A DNA stretch of 64,000 bases, from NCBI GenBank assembly GCA_951406725.2, contig OX597829.1, positions 2,046,001-2,110,000 on the forward strand. The letters are read 5' to 3'. Under the pieces are notes generated by a model, which saw nothing but the letters and a program-made list of their open reading frames with translations, had not been told where the DNA came from and ran no database searches. Source of the DNA: Octopus vulgaris. Taxonomy: Eukaryota. Of this stretch, positions 27,204 through 42,297 are shown one piece after another (the first letter of the stretch is position 1; every line of letters starts with the position of its first letter). The position numbers and the translations under genes are program-made.

Positions 27204-27268
<65 letters not shown>

Positions 27269-27334
27269 GTATATATGTATGTATGTATGTATATATATAC
27301 ACACATACAGAGCTTTGCATTTTATATATATATA

Positions 27335-27389
<55 letters not shown>

Positions 27390-27507
27390 GTGGCCTGTTC
27401 GCTTAGCTAGCGGGGTGGCATCATTCGAAGGCTAAAACAATGTGAACGCATTGTGACCAGCGATGTGTAGCAACATCTGATGGTCTGGTCGGTCACGTGA
27501 TCACGTG

Positions 27508-27509
<2 letters not shown>
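27390..27509 (+). mobile_element. 5'-truncated SINE family C tail within (AT)n
   Basis: Matches 54975-55087. Confidence 0.8.
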
Positions 27510-27539
<30 letters not shown>

Positions 27540-27569
27540 GTATGTATACGTATATATACATATATAAAT

Positions 27570-27720
27570 GTGTGTGTGTATGTATGTATGTATGTATAGA
27601 TGGATGGATGGATGTGTGTTATGTATGTATGTATGTATGTATGTATGCATGTATTTATGTATGTATGTAAAGATGGATGGATGGATGTGTGTTATGTATG
27701 TATGTATGTATGTATGTATG

Positions 27721-27754
<34 letters not shown>

Positions 27755-27812
27755 TGTATGTATGTATGTATGTATGTACGTGCGTATGTATGTATGTATG
27801 TATGTATGTATG

Positions 27813-27846
<34 letters not shown>

Positions 27847-28164
27847 TGTATGTATGTATGTATGTATGTATGTATGTATGTATGTATGTATGTATGTATG
27901 TATGTATGTATGTATGTATGTATGTATGTATGTATGTATGTGTGTATGTATGTATGTATGTATGTATGTATGTATGTATGTATGTATGTATGTATGTATG
28001 TATGTATGTATGTATGTATGTATGTATGTATGTATGTATGTATGTATGTATGTATGTATGTATGTATGTATGTATGTATGTATGTATGTATGTATGTATG
28101 TATGTATGTATGTATGTATGTATGTATGTATGTATGTATGTATGTATGTATGTATGTATGTATG

Positions 28165-28196
<32 letters not shown>

Positions 28197-28934
28197 TGTA
28201 TGTATGTATGTATGTATGCATGTGTATGTATGTATGTATGTATGTATGTATGTATGTATGTATGTATGTATGTATGTATGTATGTATGTATGTATGTATG
28301 TATGTATGTATGTATGTATGTATGTATGTATGTATGTATGTATGTATGTATGTATGTATGTATGTATGTATGTATGTATGTATGTATGTATGTATGTATG
28401 TATGTATGTATGTATGTATGTATGTATGTATGTATGTATGTATGTATGTATGTATGTATGTATGTATGTATGTATGTATGTATGTATGTATGTATGTATG
28501 TATGTATGTATGTATGTATGTATGTATGTATGTATGTATGTATGTATGTATGTATGTATGTATGTATGTATGTATGTATGTATGTATGTATGTATGTATG
28601 TATGTATGTATGTATGTATGTATGTATGTATGTATGTATGTATGTATGTATGTATGTATGTATGTATGTATGTATGTATGTATGTATGTATGTATGTATG
28701 TATGTATGTATGTATGTATGTATGTATGTATGTATGTATGTATGTATGTATGTATGTATGTATGTATATATGTATGTATGTATGTATATATGTATGTATG
28801 TATGTATGTGTATGTATGTATGTATGTATGTATGTATGTATATATGTATGTATGTATGTATATATGTATGTATGTATGTGTGTATGTATGTATGTATGTA
28901 TGTATGTATGTATGTATGTATGTATGTATGTATG

Positions 28935-28968
<34 letters not shown>

Positions 28969-28982
28969 TGTATGTATGTATG

Positions 28983-29016
<34 letters not shown>

Positions 29017-29022
29017 TGTATG

Positions 29023-29056
<34 letters not shown>

Positions 29057-29074
29057 TGTATGTATGTATGTATG

Positions 29075-29108
<34 letters not shown>

Positions 29109-29122
29109 TGTATGTATGTATG

Positions 29123-29156
<34 letters not shown>

Positions 29157-29242
29157 TGTATGTATGTATGTATGTATGTATGTATGTATGTATGTATGTA
29201 TGTATGTATGTATGTATGTATGTATATATGTATGTATGTATG

Positions 29243-29276
<34 letters not shown>

Positions 29277-29458
29277 TGTATGTATATATGTATGTATGTG
29301 TGTATGTATGTATGTATGTATGTATGTATGTATGTATGTATGTATGCATGTATGTTTGTATGTATGTATGCATGTGTGTATGTATGTATGTATGTATGTA
29401 TGTATGTATGTATGTATGTATGTATGTATGTATGTATGTATGTATGTATGTATGTATG

Positions 29459-29492
<34 letters not shown>

Positions 29493-29530
29493 TGTATGTA
29501 TGTATGTATGTATGTATGTATGTATGTATG

Positions 29531-29592
<62 letters not shown>

Positions 29593-29598
29593 TGTATG

Positions 29599-29632
<34 letters not shown>

Positions 29633-30350
29633 TGTATGTATGTATGTATGTATGTATGTATGTATGTATGTATGTATGTATGTATGTATGTATGTATGTA
29701 TGTATGTATATATGTATGTATGTGTGTATGTATGTATGTATGTATGTATGTATGTATGTATGTATGCATGTATGTTTGTATGTATGTATGCATGTGTGTA
29801 TGTATGTATGTATGTATGTATGTATGTATGTATGTATGTATGTATGTATGTATGTATGTATGTATGTATGTATGTATGTATGTATGTATGTATGTATGTA
29901 TGTATGTATGTATGTATGTATGTATGTATGTATGTATGTATGTATGTATGTATGTATGTATGTATGTATGTATGTATGTATGTATGTATGTATGTATGTA
30001 TGTATGTATGTATGTATGTATGTATGTATGTATGTATGTATGTATGCATGTATGTATGTATGTATGTATGTATGCATGTATGTATGTATGTATGTATGTA
30101 TGTATGTATGTATGTATGTATGTATGTATGTATGTATGTATGTATTTATGTATGTATGTATGTATGTATGTATGTATGTATGCATGTATGTATGTATGTA
30201 TGTATGTATGTATGTATGCATGTATGTATGCATGCATGTATGTATGTATGTATGTATGTATGTATGTATGTATGTATGTATGTATGTATGTATGTATGTA
30301 TGTATGTATGTATGCATGTATGTATGTATATATGTATGTATGTGTGTATG
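27570..30350. repeat. ~2.8-kb (TATG)n array
   Basis: Directly visible. Confidence 0.98.
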
Positions 30351-31150
30351 TGAGTGTATGAATGCATACGTACATAAATGCATGAACATGTGCTTTTACA
30401 CACTTTCTCCTATAATTCTATGTTGTTTGGCTGGTAACGACAAGGTTGGCCAATTGTACTACCAATGGAAGGGATTGAACTAGGAACAAGTTTTTCAGCA
30501 CTGTCCTCTCATCTCTAGGACTAGGTGTCCCTTATTTTTCTCCACAGTCATATTGACTTTGAAGAATTCTTAAATCTCGACTTAATTGCCATGGAATACG
30601 TAATGATAACTCTTTTGATTGACTGTGATACTCTTTGCGAATCAAAGATTTTCTTTGGAGATATTTAATATACATATGATTGTCTTAATATAAATATAAA
30701 TATATATACATGTAATTCAGCATATACATCTGTGTATTTGTGTATGTACAAGCAATTCACATATTCGTGTTTGTGCAGGTACATAGACGCAATAAATATT
30801 AGATGGATCGATACATATATTGATCGATACAGATAATGAGCTATCGAAGCATATTGGCGCGTGTATCTATAAGTCTGCGCGTGCAGACGTACGTGAGTGT
30901 GCGTATGTATTAATGTATATAGAGAATAAGTGAGATTAAGTGTGTAGGATTGCGTGTGTGTATGTGTGTGTGTGTGGGGGGGGAGATAGAGACAGACAGA
31001 CAGATAAACAGACACACAGCCTGAGACACAAACAGAGTAAGGTGAAATATATGCAGATATTTCACCTTACTCTGTCTGTCTTTCTGTCTGTGTCTGTCTG
31101 TCTGTCTCTATTATATATTATATATATTATATTATATATATTATATATAT

Positions 31151-31222
<72 letters not shown>

Positions 31223-31259
31223 ATATTATATAGATATAATATATATATATATATATATG

Positions 31260-31293
<34 letters not shown>

Positions 31294-31294
31294 A

Positions 31295-31943
31295 GGCGCA
31301 GGAGTGGCTGTGTGGTAAGTACCTTGCTGCGTGGCATCTAGGGCAAGTGTCTTCTGCTATAGCCCCGGGCCGACCAATGCCTTGTGAGTGGATTTGGTAG
31401 ACGGAAACTGAAAGAAGCCTGTCGTATATATATATATGTGTGTGTGTGTTTGCGTGTCTGTGTTTCTCCCCCTAGCATTGCTTGACAACCGATGCTGGTG
31501 TGTTTACGTCCCCGTCACTTAGCGGTTCGGCAAAAGAGACCGATAGGATAAGTACTGGGCTTACAAAGAATAAGTCCCGAGATCGATTTGCTCCACTAAA
31601 GGCGGTGCTCCAGCATGGCCGCAGTCAAATGACTAAAACAAGTAAAAGAGTAAAAGAGTATATATATATAATATAATATAATATAATATAATATAATATA
31701 ATATAATATATGTACATATAACACACACATATATATATATTATATATATTATATCATATGTATTATATATATATATTATACATGTCACTTAGCGGTTCGG
31801 CAAAAGAGACCGATAGAATAAGTACTGGGCTTACAAAGAATAAGTCCCGGGGTTGATTTGCTCGACTAAAGGCGGTGCTCCAGCATGGCCGCAGTCAATG
31901 ACTGAAACAAGTAAAAGAGTAAAAGAGTAAAAGAGTAAAGAGT
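31295..31943 (+). mobile_element. SINE family A plus a second copy of its 3' half (31784-31943)
   Basis: Family A head and tail. The segment from GTCACTTAGCGGTTCGG to the tail occurs twice. Confidence 0.85.
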
Positions 31944-31984
31944 ATATATTATATATTATATATGTGTGTGTGTATATATATAAT

Positions 31985-32189
31985 ATGTATGTGTGTGTGT
32001 GTACATCTCTACATACTTATTCAGGCAAGCATAAATATATACGTATATAAATTATACACGGATAGATAAAGATCAGTACCTACATGGACGTACAAATAGG
32101 CATAAATATATATGTTATATGTACATACGTTATATTATACATATATATTATATATATTATACATATATATGTATGTATATATGTATAAT

Positions 32190-32223
<34 letters not shown>

Positions 32224-32437
32224 CATACATATATATGTATAATATATATATATAATATATACATACATATATATGTATATATATATATATAATATATATG
32301 TATAATATAACGTATGTACATATAACATATATATTTATGCCTATTTGTACGTCTATGTAGGTACTGATCTTTATCTATCCGTGTATAATTTATATACGTA
32401 TATATTTATGCTTGCCTGAATAAGTATGTAGAGATGT

Positions 32438-32455
<18 letters not shown>
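31985..32455. repeat. Near-perfect inverted repeat with ~165-bp arms around an AT-rich spacer
   Basis: ~31985-32150 is the reverse complement of ~32298-32455. Confidence 0.9.
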
Positions 32456-32474
<19 letters not shown>

Positions 32475-33036
32475 CATATTATATATATACACACACAGAG
32501 ACAAACACAGAGGTAAATGTGCACAAATTCAAATATATATATATACATATATACATACATACGTATTTGTGTATGTACGTACATATACATACGTATATAT
32601 ATATATATATATCACTCTATTTGTGTGTATATATGTGTATATCTATCTGAATGTATATACATGAATATATATATACGTATATTTGTATAGAAATATGCAC
32701 GTTTTTCATACAAATATACATACAATATATAGATATACATATATAGACAGAGAGAGACGAGAGAGATATGTATGATATATATACATATATATATATATAC
32801 GCATATACAAATATATACGTATATATAAATATATAGAATTCTCGTATAAATATTTATATGTGTGCATATATATACACGCGCGAGCACACACACATGCATA
32901 TAAAAACATAGATGTACACACACTCTATCAAAAATACATGCGAAGTACTACGTATACTTACAAATATTTCTGAATGCGCAAGCATTAATATATATTTCAT
33001 AAATGAGTGTATATTTGTTATTATACAAGTATATAC

Positions 33037-33116
<80 letters not shown>

Positions 33117-33168
33117 GACGATGATATAAATATATATATACATATATATACACAGGGACATATATATA

Positions 33169-33262
<94 letters not shown>

Positions 33263-33397
33263 ATATTTATATATATATATATATATTTAATATTATATAT
33301 ATATATAATATATATATATATATCTATATATTGTATATATATTTGTATGAAAACGTGCATATTTCTATACAAATATACGTATATATATATATGTCCC

Positions 33398-33480
<83 letters not shown>

Positions 33481-33815
33481 ATATATATATATATATATAA
33501 TATATATATATATATGTCCCTGTGTGTGTATATATATATATATATTTATATCATCGTCTACATGCACATACGCACACACTTACAAAAACACGCACACACA
33601 TATCAATTAGTTCAGGGGGAATCTAGGTGCATCAACACGTAGGGTGCCAGAAATGGCCAGGTGCAATAACACAGAGTTCCCAGTGAGGTACACAACAATT
33701 AAGGTATGAAGTGTTGTTAGGATGCTATTGTGGACAAAATGCAATCTAATGTTGGTTGGACTCACCACCACCGAAGCGTTATTTCACCTGTTTTGATATC
33801 TTACCTTCTAAAAAT

Positions 33816-33899
33816 TTTACCTGAAGATGGTGGTTTATATGTATGATGTAATCTTTGAATAATACATCAATAAAATTCTACCGAAACAACTATCGTAAA
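33816..33899 (+). ncRNA. Minimal hammerhead motif with extended stem II
   Basis: UUUAC-CUGAAGA-UGGUGG...CUACC-GAAAC AACUAUC-GUAAA, with an inner UGAUGUA/UACAUCA stem. Stem III is decayed. Confidence 0.6.
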
Positions 33900-34035
33900 T
33901 TTTAAAGCACATTCTTGTTCTCTACTTATACATATATATCAAAACAGTGTACGGGCTCTGTAACAGCTGTTTGAGACACTTTATAATTCATATATCAATA
34001 CATATAATAATCTTATGTACATATGTAGATACATG

Positions 34036-34110
<75 letters not shown>

Positions 34111-34130
34111 GTGTGTGTGTGTCTTTCCCT

Positions 34131-34346
34131 CTCTTTTCTCTTTTACTCGTTTCAGTTATTTGACTGCGGCCATGCTGGAGCACCGCCTTTAGCCGAGCAA
34201 ATCGACCCCAGGACTTACTTTTTTGGAAGCCTAGTGCTTACTCTATCGCTCTCTTTTGCTGAACCGCTAAGTTACGGGGACGTAGACACACCACCATCGG
34301 TTGTCAAGCGATGTTGGGGTGGGGACAAACAGACACAAATATATGC

Positions 34347-34392
<46 letters not shown>

Positions 34393-34437
34393 GTATATAT
34401 GACGGGCTTCTTTCAGTTTCCATCTATCAAATCCACT
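34131..34437 (-). mobile_element. SINE family A, 3' two-thirds
   Basis: Matches family A. Confidence 0.8.
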
Positions 34438-34599
34438 ATGTATGTATATATGTATATATGTATATATACACACACATATTTCATCTTAATATGCGAAATT
34501 ATATATATGCATGTACGTATGTATGTATATATGTATGTAGGTATGTATGTAAGTATGCTTGTATGTATAATATATGCACGTATATATATATATACATAC

Positions 34600-34634
<35 letters not shown>

Positions 34635-34680
34635 TGTATGTATGTATGTATGTATGTATGTATGTATGTATGTATGTATG

Positions 34681-34718
<38 letters not shown>

Positions 34719-35187
34719 CATACATATACATACATATATATGTATGCATGTGTGTATATATATATATATATATACATACATACATATCTATGTATGTATA
34801 TGTATGCATATATATATACATGCATATATTATACTTACAAACATACATACATACCTATATACATACATACACACACACACATATATATATACATACATAT
34901 ATATACATCTGTATATATATATATATACACGCGCACACAGATACACACACACACACATGTATATAGACGAAAGTATGTATGTATATATAAATATGCATGA
35001 AAATAAGAATATTTATATCCGATATATATATTTATCTACACATGTTTAGCAAATAAATATACGCAGATGTTTATATGCATATAAATATGTGTCTATATGT
35101 ATACACATATTTGTAAAACGTATTCATAAGATCTGTATATACACATACATTCCTATATATGTGTGCATCTGTGTATATATATGTTTA

Positions 35188-35243
<56 letters not shown>

Positions 35244-35345
35244 ATAAACATATGTACACACAAACGCATACATGTATACGAATGAATGTATGTGTATATA
35301 CAAATTTATGAATACGTTTTACAAATATGTGTATACATACGTATA

Positions 35346-35392
<47 letters not shown>

Positions 35393-35509
35393 CTGTATAT
35401 ATGTATATACATATAGGTATTTATATACATACATATATATATATAAATATACATGCTTAAACGTGCGTGTATGTATATATATATATGTATTTCTTTTATT
35501 CTTTTATTT

Positions 35510-35947
35510 GTTAATTGTTTCGGTCATTTGACGGCTTCCATGCTGGAGCACCACCTTTAATCGAAGAGATCGAACCTAGGACTTATTGTTTGTGAGCCTA
35601 GTTCTTTGTCTTTTCAGTAATTTTGCCGAACCGCTAAGTTACGCGACGTAAGCACACCAACATCAGGCGATGGTGCGGAGACAAACACAGACATACATAT
35701 TTCTGTGTGTCTGTGTGTGTGTGTGTGTGTATGTGTGTGTGTGTGTGTGTATGTGTGTGTGTGTGTGTGTATGTGTGTGTGTGTGTGTGAGACAAGCTTC
35801 TTTCAGTTTCCGTCTACCAAATCCATTCACAAGTCTTTGGTCGGCCCGAGGCTATAGTAGAAGACACTTGCCGAATGTGCCACATCGTGGGACTGAACCC
35901 GAAACTTCGTTGTTGGGCAGCAAGCTTCTTACCAAACAGCCTCGCCT
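35510..35947 (-). mobile_element. SINE family A, diverged
   Basis: Matches family A head and tail. Confidence 0.75.
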
Positions 35948-35973
35948 ATATGTATGTGTATATATCTATATAT

Positions 35974-36004
<31 letters not shown>

Positions 36005-36045
36005 ATGTATGCATGTATATAAAAATATATATATCTTTAATACAT

Positions 36046-36086
<41 letters not shown>

Positions 36087-37145
36087 TATGTGTATATGTA
36101 TGTGTGTATGTGCATATATGTGTGTGTCTGTAGATAGACAGATAGATAGATAGATAGATACATACATACATACATACATACATACATACATAGACAACAG
36201 ACAGATAGATATGCACATACACACACGAATCTGTGTATATACCCATCTGTATATATATATACGTATATAAGGTTGAATATATACATTTGTAGGGATATAC
36301 GATTACACACACACACACACGCACGCACAGACACACACACACACACACACGCACACACACACACACACACGCAAGCACACACACACACACGCACGCACAG
36401 ACACACACACGCAAACGCAGTATTCAAATCTGCAAGCATTCCACACACACCACACCTGCATTAACACTTTTTCATCTTCGTATCTGATAAAGACGAACGA
36501 ATACGATGCACCAGCAATAGTATATTTGTAGTAGTAGTAGTAGTAGTAATAATATTAATATTGGTAACAATAGTAATAGTAGCAGTAGTCGTAGGAATAT
36601 CGTTAGTGGCAGCAGATACAGTGGTAATAGTAGTAGTAGTAGTAGTAGTAGTAGCAGCGATATTCAGACGGTTTTACTTCGCAATTTATTCACGTTGGAA
36701 ACGTTAAGCCGACTACTACTGTCTGCCTGGCTTCGCTGCTGCCTTTGCATACCTTTCGACCGACCAAGTTCCCCATAACCCTCTGTCTCTACTCCTTCGT
36801 CAACTATCCTTCCCAACCCGTTCAGTAGAAAATGGATTTGCCCAAAACCATCAGCCACACCCATTTCGTTTAGCTGTCTTTGTGTGTTTTTCGCTTTTAT
36901 AATTTATCAATAACCCTTCTTTCCTGCCTACGTTTTGGACTCCGCCCATTAGCAGAAGCTCTACTGCATTGAAGGACTTCCTACTGGCGGCCGATTGGCA
37001 GAATCGTTAGAACGGCGAACAAAATATATACCTTCTCTGTTATTTGTTCCGAGTCACTCCGTTGTCAGTTCAAATCCTACTTACGCCAGCTTTGCTTTTC
37101 ATCCATAATGGTTATCTAAAATTACTGTACCATCCTAAAGAAGAC

Positions 37146-37341
37146 GGTGTAACTTCGGTATAGGTACTGGAAGTACAGGGCACATTTCAAGAAAGTGTTT
37201 TTTTTCTATATATGGGGGGAGTTAGGGTTTGTGTTAGGGTTAGTATTAGGGTTAGGGGTGGGAGAAAAGGGTTTCTGTTATCTTCAGAAATGTAAACAAA
37301 GCCACTTCCGGTACTTACGGTACCTATACCAAAGGATCGCC
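37146..37341. mobile_element. Merlin-like MITE with internal TTAGGG-type repeats
   Basis: GG...CC ends, imperfect TIR (GGTGTAACTTCGGTATAGGTAC and GTACCTATACCAAAGGATCGCC), and an exact 8-bp TSD AAGAAGAC. Confidence 0.8.
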
Positions 37342-37713
37342 AAGAAGACAATTCTATCTTAGTGTTCCTAACTAACACTAGGGTTAAGAACACTAGGTAG
37401 AATTCTTTTTTTAATTACGCGCATTAATTGCAATACCAACCAATGTTCTGTGTGCCTTGGACGTTTATTTTTTTATTTGCTTCAGTCATTAGAATGCAGC
37501 CATACTGGAGCACCTCATTGAAGGGAGTTTTTGGTCGAACAAATTCACTCCAGTCCTTAGTTTTTTAAGTGTGGCACATGTTCAATCGGTCATTTTTGCA
37601 GAACTGCAAGTTACGGTGATGTAAACAAACCAGTATCGGTTGTCAAGCGGTGGTGGGTGGGAGATGAATGCACACACATGTATATACACACTTACACACA
37701 CAGACACACACAG

Positions 37714-37780
<67 letters not shown>

Positions 37781-38043
37781 AACAAACAAATAAACACGCA
37801 CACACATATATGAAATAATGGGTGTGCGTGTACAGAGAGAGACAGACATCTAGACAGATAGATAGAGAGGAAATAGTTAGACACATTAGATATATTTTAT
37901 ATATATCTAATGTGTCTAACTATTGCCAAACACACACACACACACACAAACATATATATACACATTCAAAATGTGACCGCGTGTGTACCGTTGGCGATTT
38001 TTTTCCCTCCGTCTTCCCTTCCTTGGATCTTTCCTTTTCCTAT

Positions 38044-38078
38044 GTTTCCGAAGAAGAGCTCCGCTCGAAACGTTAAAC
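38044..38078 (+). ncRNA. Minimal hammerhead motif (U4 to C change) in the repeat at ~37966-38178
   Basis: GUUU-CCGAAGAA-GAGC UCC GCUC-GAAAC GUUA-AAC. Same family as 62393. Confidence 0.55.
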
Positions 38079-38224
38079 CCTCCTTTCCTTCTTTCCTGGG
38101 CGTCCAATAATACTACACTTGTTCCACGTCCTCGCGTTGTTGTGTTTTCTCTTTGTGTTTTCATGTTTGGATTAACTTTATATATATATATCAATGTCTG
38201 TTTTTATGTTCATTTATAATCCTT

Positions 38225-38421
38225 TCTATTATAGGCACAAGGCCAGAAATTTGTGGAAGAGGTAAGTCGATTACATTGACCTCAGTACACAGCTGGTACT
38301 TATTTTTATCGACTCCGAAAGGATGAAAGGCAATGTCGACCTCGGTGGAATATGAACTCAGTACGTGAAGACGGACGAAATACCCGAAATACCCGCTAAC
38401 GTCTCTGCCAGCTCGCCGCCT
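38225..38421 (-). mobile_element. Older SINE family B copy with a different tail
   Basis: Family B head and central domain. Confidence 0.75.
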
Positions 38422-38717
38422 GTTCATTTATAATAAAAAACAACTTTGCATTAATTTGATAGTTTGCTCTATAATTTTGTGGAGGACAAATTTATTATTC
38501 TTTTACAAGAATGTCGTTGGCAATGACATCAAAGTTTCGTCCAACAATGGCTTAGATGGTTTTGTATATACATATATGAGGCGATTATTTCTTTCAATTG
38601 ACCATATATATATATAACGGGAAGGTTTATGAAAAAAAAAAACAAAAGACGAAGGCAGGTGGAGTACAAACAAACAAATGTATTAGTATAGCGCTCAGGA
38701 ATAGAAATAGAAAAAGT

Positions 38718-38753
38718 CTTTTACATTTCGAGCCGACGCTCTTCTACAGAAAG
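38718..38753 (-). ncRNA. Hammerhead-like motif (CUGUAGA family) in the repeat at 38615-38815
   Basis: CUUU-CUGUAGAA-GAGC GUCG GCUC-GAAAU GUA-AAAG. Confidence 0.55.
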
Positions 38754-38885
38754 ATATACAGAAAAGAAACAAGGAGAGAAAAAAATGCGTGTAGGAGCTA
38801 ACGATCTATCATGGCGTTACACACACATTATATACACATGCACATATACATACACACACATGTACATACATATGTGTGTGTGTTT

Positions 38886-38932
<47 letters not shown>

Positions 38933-38940
38933 ATATATAA

Positions 38941-38980
<40 letters not shown>

Positions 38981-39147
38981 GTTTGAATGTATGTATGTTT
39001 GTATATATGTATGTATGTATGTATGTATACTGTTGTGTCTGTGGAGAGTCATTCTCTTTTGGTGCCTTATACATAAATATATATATGTGTGTGTGTGTGT
39101 ATGTATATATGTATGTATGTGTGTGTATATATATATATTTATATATA

Positions 39148-39965
39148 TTCTTTTATTCTTTTACTTGTTTCAGTCATTTGGCTGCTGTCATGCTGGAGCA
39201 CCACCTAAAAGGGTTTTTTTTTTAAATCGAAAAAATCGACCCACGACTTATTATTTGTAAACCTAGTACTTGTTCTTTTGCCGACTCGCTAAGTTACCTG
39301 GACGTAAACACACCAACATCGTTTGCCAAGCGATGATGGAGAAACACAAAGAGACACACATAAATACTCACACACACTCACACACAAACACACACACACA
39401 CAAACGCATATACACGACGGACTTCTTTCATTTACCGTCTCACAAGGCTTGGGTCAGCCCGAGGCTATAGTAGAACACACCCAAGGTGCCATGTTGTGAG
39501 GCTGAACCCGGAAGCATATGGTTGGGAAGCAAGTTCTTTTTTTACCACCCACAAGCGGCTAAACACAGAGAGGACAAACAAGGAGAGACAAAGGGATTAA
39601 ATCGATTATATCGACTCCAGTACATAACTGGTACTTAATTTATCGATCCCGAAAAGATGAAAGGCAAAGTGAACCTCGGTGGAATTTGAACTCAGAACGT
39701 AACAGCAGACAAAATACTTATTTCTTTATTGCTTACAAGGAGCTAAACACAGAGTGGACAAACAAGGACAGACAAACGGATTAAGTCGATTAAATCGACC
39801 CCAGTGCGTAACTGGTACTTAATTTGTCGACCCCAAAAGGATGAAAGGCAAAGTCGACCTCGGCGGAATTTGAACTCAGAACGTAACGGCAGACGAAATA
39901 CGGTTAAGCTTTTCTCCCGGCGTGCTAACGTTTCTGCCAGCTCTAGCACACAGCCACGCCTGCGT
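39148..39965 (-). mobile_element. SINE family A with a nested SINE B dimer (39541-39942) in its head
   Basis: The family A sequence is split at GTGTG(G/C)TA by two family B bodies. Confidence 0.85.
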
Positions 39966-40644
39966 CTATATTACCCATCAAGGCGGTGCTGCAGCATGGC
40001 CTCACTGTACTGATTGATGCAAGTAAAAGACAAAAGATAAAAGTTCCATAGACAACCATTACTTATAAACATGGCATGCCGACAATGGAAAGAATAATCA
40101 TACATTATTCGAAGGATAACTTACCAAAAAAATTTTCCTTAAATGTCTTCATGGCAAAAGAACGAAAAAAAAATATATAAAATAAAATATAAACAGAAAA
40201 AAAAATGGCGTGATATATCGTAAGCTACGGAAGACTTACTTCCTGGAAAACAAAGGCGGTAATCCGCACAAGAAAAAAACTTTTCAGATTCAAGATCTCG
40301 AAAATGCCCAACACAAAAAGGAAGAACCAGATACATTCACGGATGACATTATCAGTTTATGAAAGAATATAGGGTTTTAATCACAAGAAAATGATTTCTT
40401 TGGCAAGCTAAAGTTATAATAAATAAATGAATAAAATAGATAAAAGCGAATGGAATCAGCCGATAACCAATGCGTATTAGCAGACGAAAACAAGGAACCG
40501 ATATATTTTACAAATGCGTCTTATAGAGTAATAAAAGAAAAAAGCAGACAACACAAAGCAAACGTGGATTCACAACGCAAGAATCACAACACACACATCC
40601 GCGAAGCTTTAACACCCGAGACAGATTTAGATACTTAATAATAA

Positions 40645-40837
40645 AGAAGAAGAAGAAGAAGAAGAAGAAGAAGAAGAAGAAGAAGAAGAAGAAGAAGAAG
40701 AAGAAGAAGACGAAGGAGGAGGAGGTGAGGAGGGGAAGGAGAGGGGAGGGGAAACGAAGAAGAAGAGGAACAAGAACAACTCAAAAAGAAAGAAGATGAG
40801 AATGATGATGATGATGATGATGATGGTGGTGGTGATT

Positions 40838-40888
<51 letters not shown>

Positions 40889-41020
40889 GTGGTGATTATG
40901 ATGAGGATGATGATGAGGATGAGGATGATGATGAGGATGATGATGATGGTGGTGATTATGATGAAGATGATGATGAGGAGGAGAATGACCATCATCCTCA
41001 TCATCATCATCATCATCATG
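40645..41020. repeat. (GAA)n and (GAT/GAG)n compound microsatellite ending in an inverted (CAT)n
   Basis: Directly visible. Confidence 0.95.
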
Positions 41021-41092
41021 CTGGAAAAGTGTTTTTTGTGAGTGAATTTAGTCTAACCTGCTATACATACATACATACTTAATGTTTGTGTG

Positions 41093-41156
<64 letters not shown>

Positions 41157-41199
41157 CACATACAAACATAGCTATGTTTGTATGTGTGTGTGTGAAATC

Positions 41200-41448
41200 A
41201 ATGTGCAAGTGGCTGAGCACTCCACAGACGTGTTCCCTTAGCTTAGTTCTCAAGGAGATTCAGTGTGACACATAGTGTGCTAAGGCCGGCCCTTTGAAAT
41301 ACAGGTACAACTCATTTTTGCCAGGTGAGGGAATTGAAGCAACGTGAAATAAAGTGTCTTTCTCAAGGACACAACACGTTGCCAGATATCAGATTTACGA
41401 TCTTATGATCTTGAGCCAAATACCCTAAAAACTTAACCACGCGCCCAC
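41200..41448 (-). mobile_element. Diverged SINE related to family C
   Basis: Reverse complement shares the tail of 45660-45780. Confidence 0.7.
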
Positions 41449-42257
41449 TATTCGCATATATTAATGGTGTCAGAAACAAAAAATCGAATATGAATTAGAT
41501 TCGAATTTATTTCTTCAGGTTGATGTCAATTAAGCTAGAACAGACAATAATCTTACACCAAAATGAGATTCCTGAAGAAACCTTCTAATCAAGAAAGATG
41601 GTCACTGAAAAGTGTTACGGTAGAATGTCATGTATTCGAGCTAGAACTCTTGTTCCTGTTCTATAAAATGGAAATTTCCTTTAATGGTATAAGAGTAAGT
41701 TCTATAAGCTGTTCAACGATGACAACATTAAAGTGAGCTAGAGTTGCATAAGAAAACATATCTATCGCTGTCAAAAAGCACAATGCAAAATTATTGTAAA
41801 CAGTCGTAGAACAAAGTGAAATGTTGAAACAAACAGCTCTGTTCACTTAAAGGGAAACTGTCAAGAGATACGTAAGTATTGATTACCATGTTAATGTATT
41901 CACACCAACTTGCTTTAAAAGATCTACAGAGCACATCTTGAAGACTTACCTGCAACAGAGGTTCCTTCGAAATTCTAAATATCACAATCTGGAAAATACC
42001 TAAGCACTTTCAGAAGACGAAAAGTATATTTGAAAACTGAGAGACAAAGGAGAGACCAGTAACCTATTATAGTTAATGCTAAATAAGGACAGTCTTTTAA
42101 GAACGGATTAAAGTTATACGACATCTTTCTTACACATAAGTTGTTAGCTTTCTCAACTTGTGAGTTAACAAAAAAAAAATAATAATAATAAATTAATACA
42201 AAATGGCTGACGGTTAGTAAGGAGAGACACACAAATAAGAAAGAAGAAAGCAAAGGA

Positions 42258-42297
42258 CCACTGATGCGGTCACAGGAGTGTGACGAAAGAACTCTGG
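42258..42297 (+). ncRNA. Minimal hammerhead motif (A9 to C change)
   Basis: CCA-CUGAUGC-GGUCAC AGGAGU GUGAC-GAAA GAAC UC-UGG. Same family as 55345. Confidence 0.55.

Noticed and set aside
27501-30483. ORFs of ~900-970 aa
   Set aside because: Same microsatellite artefact
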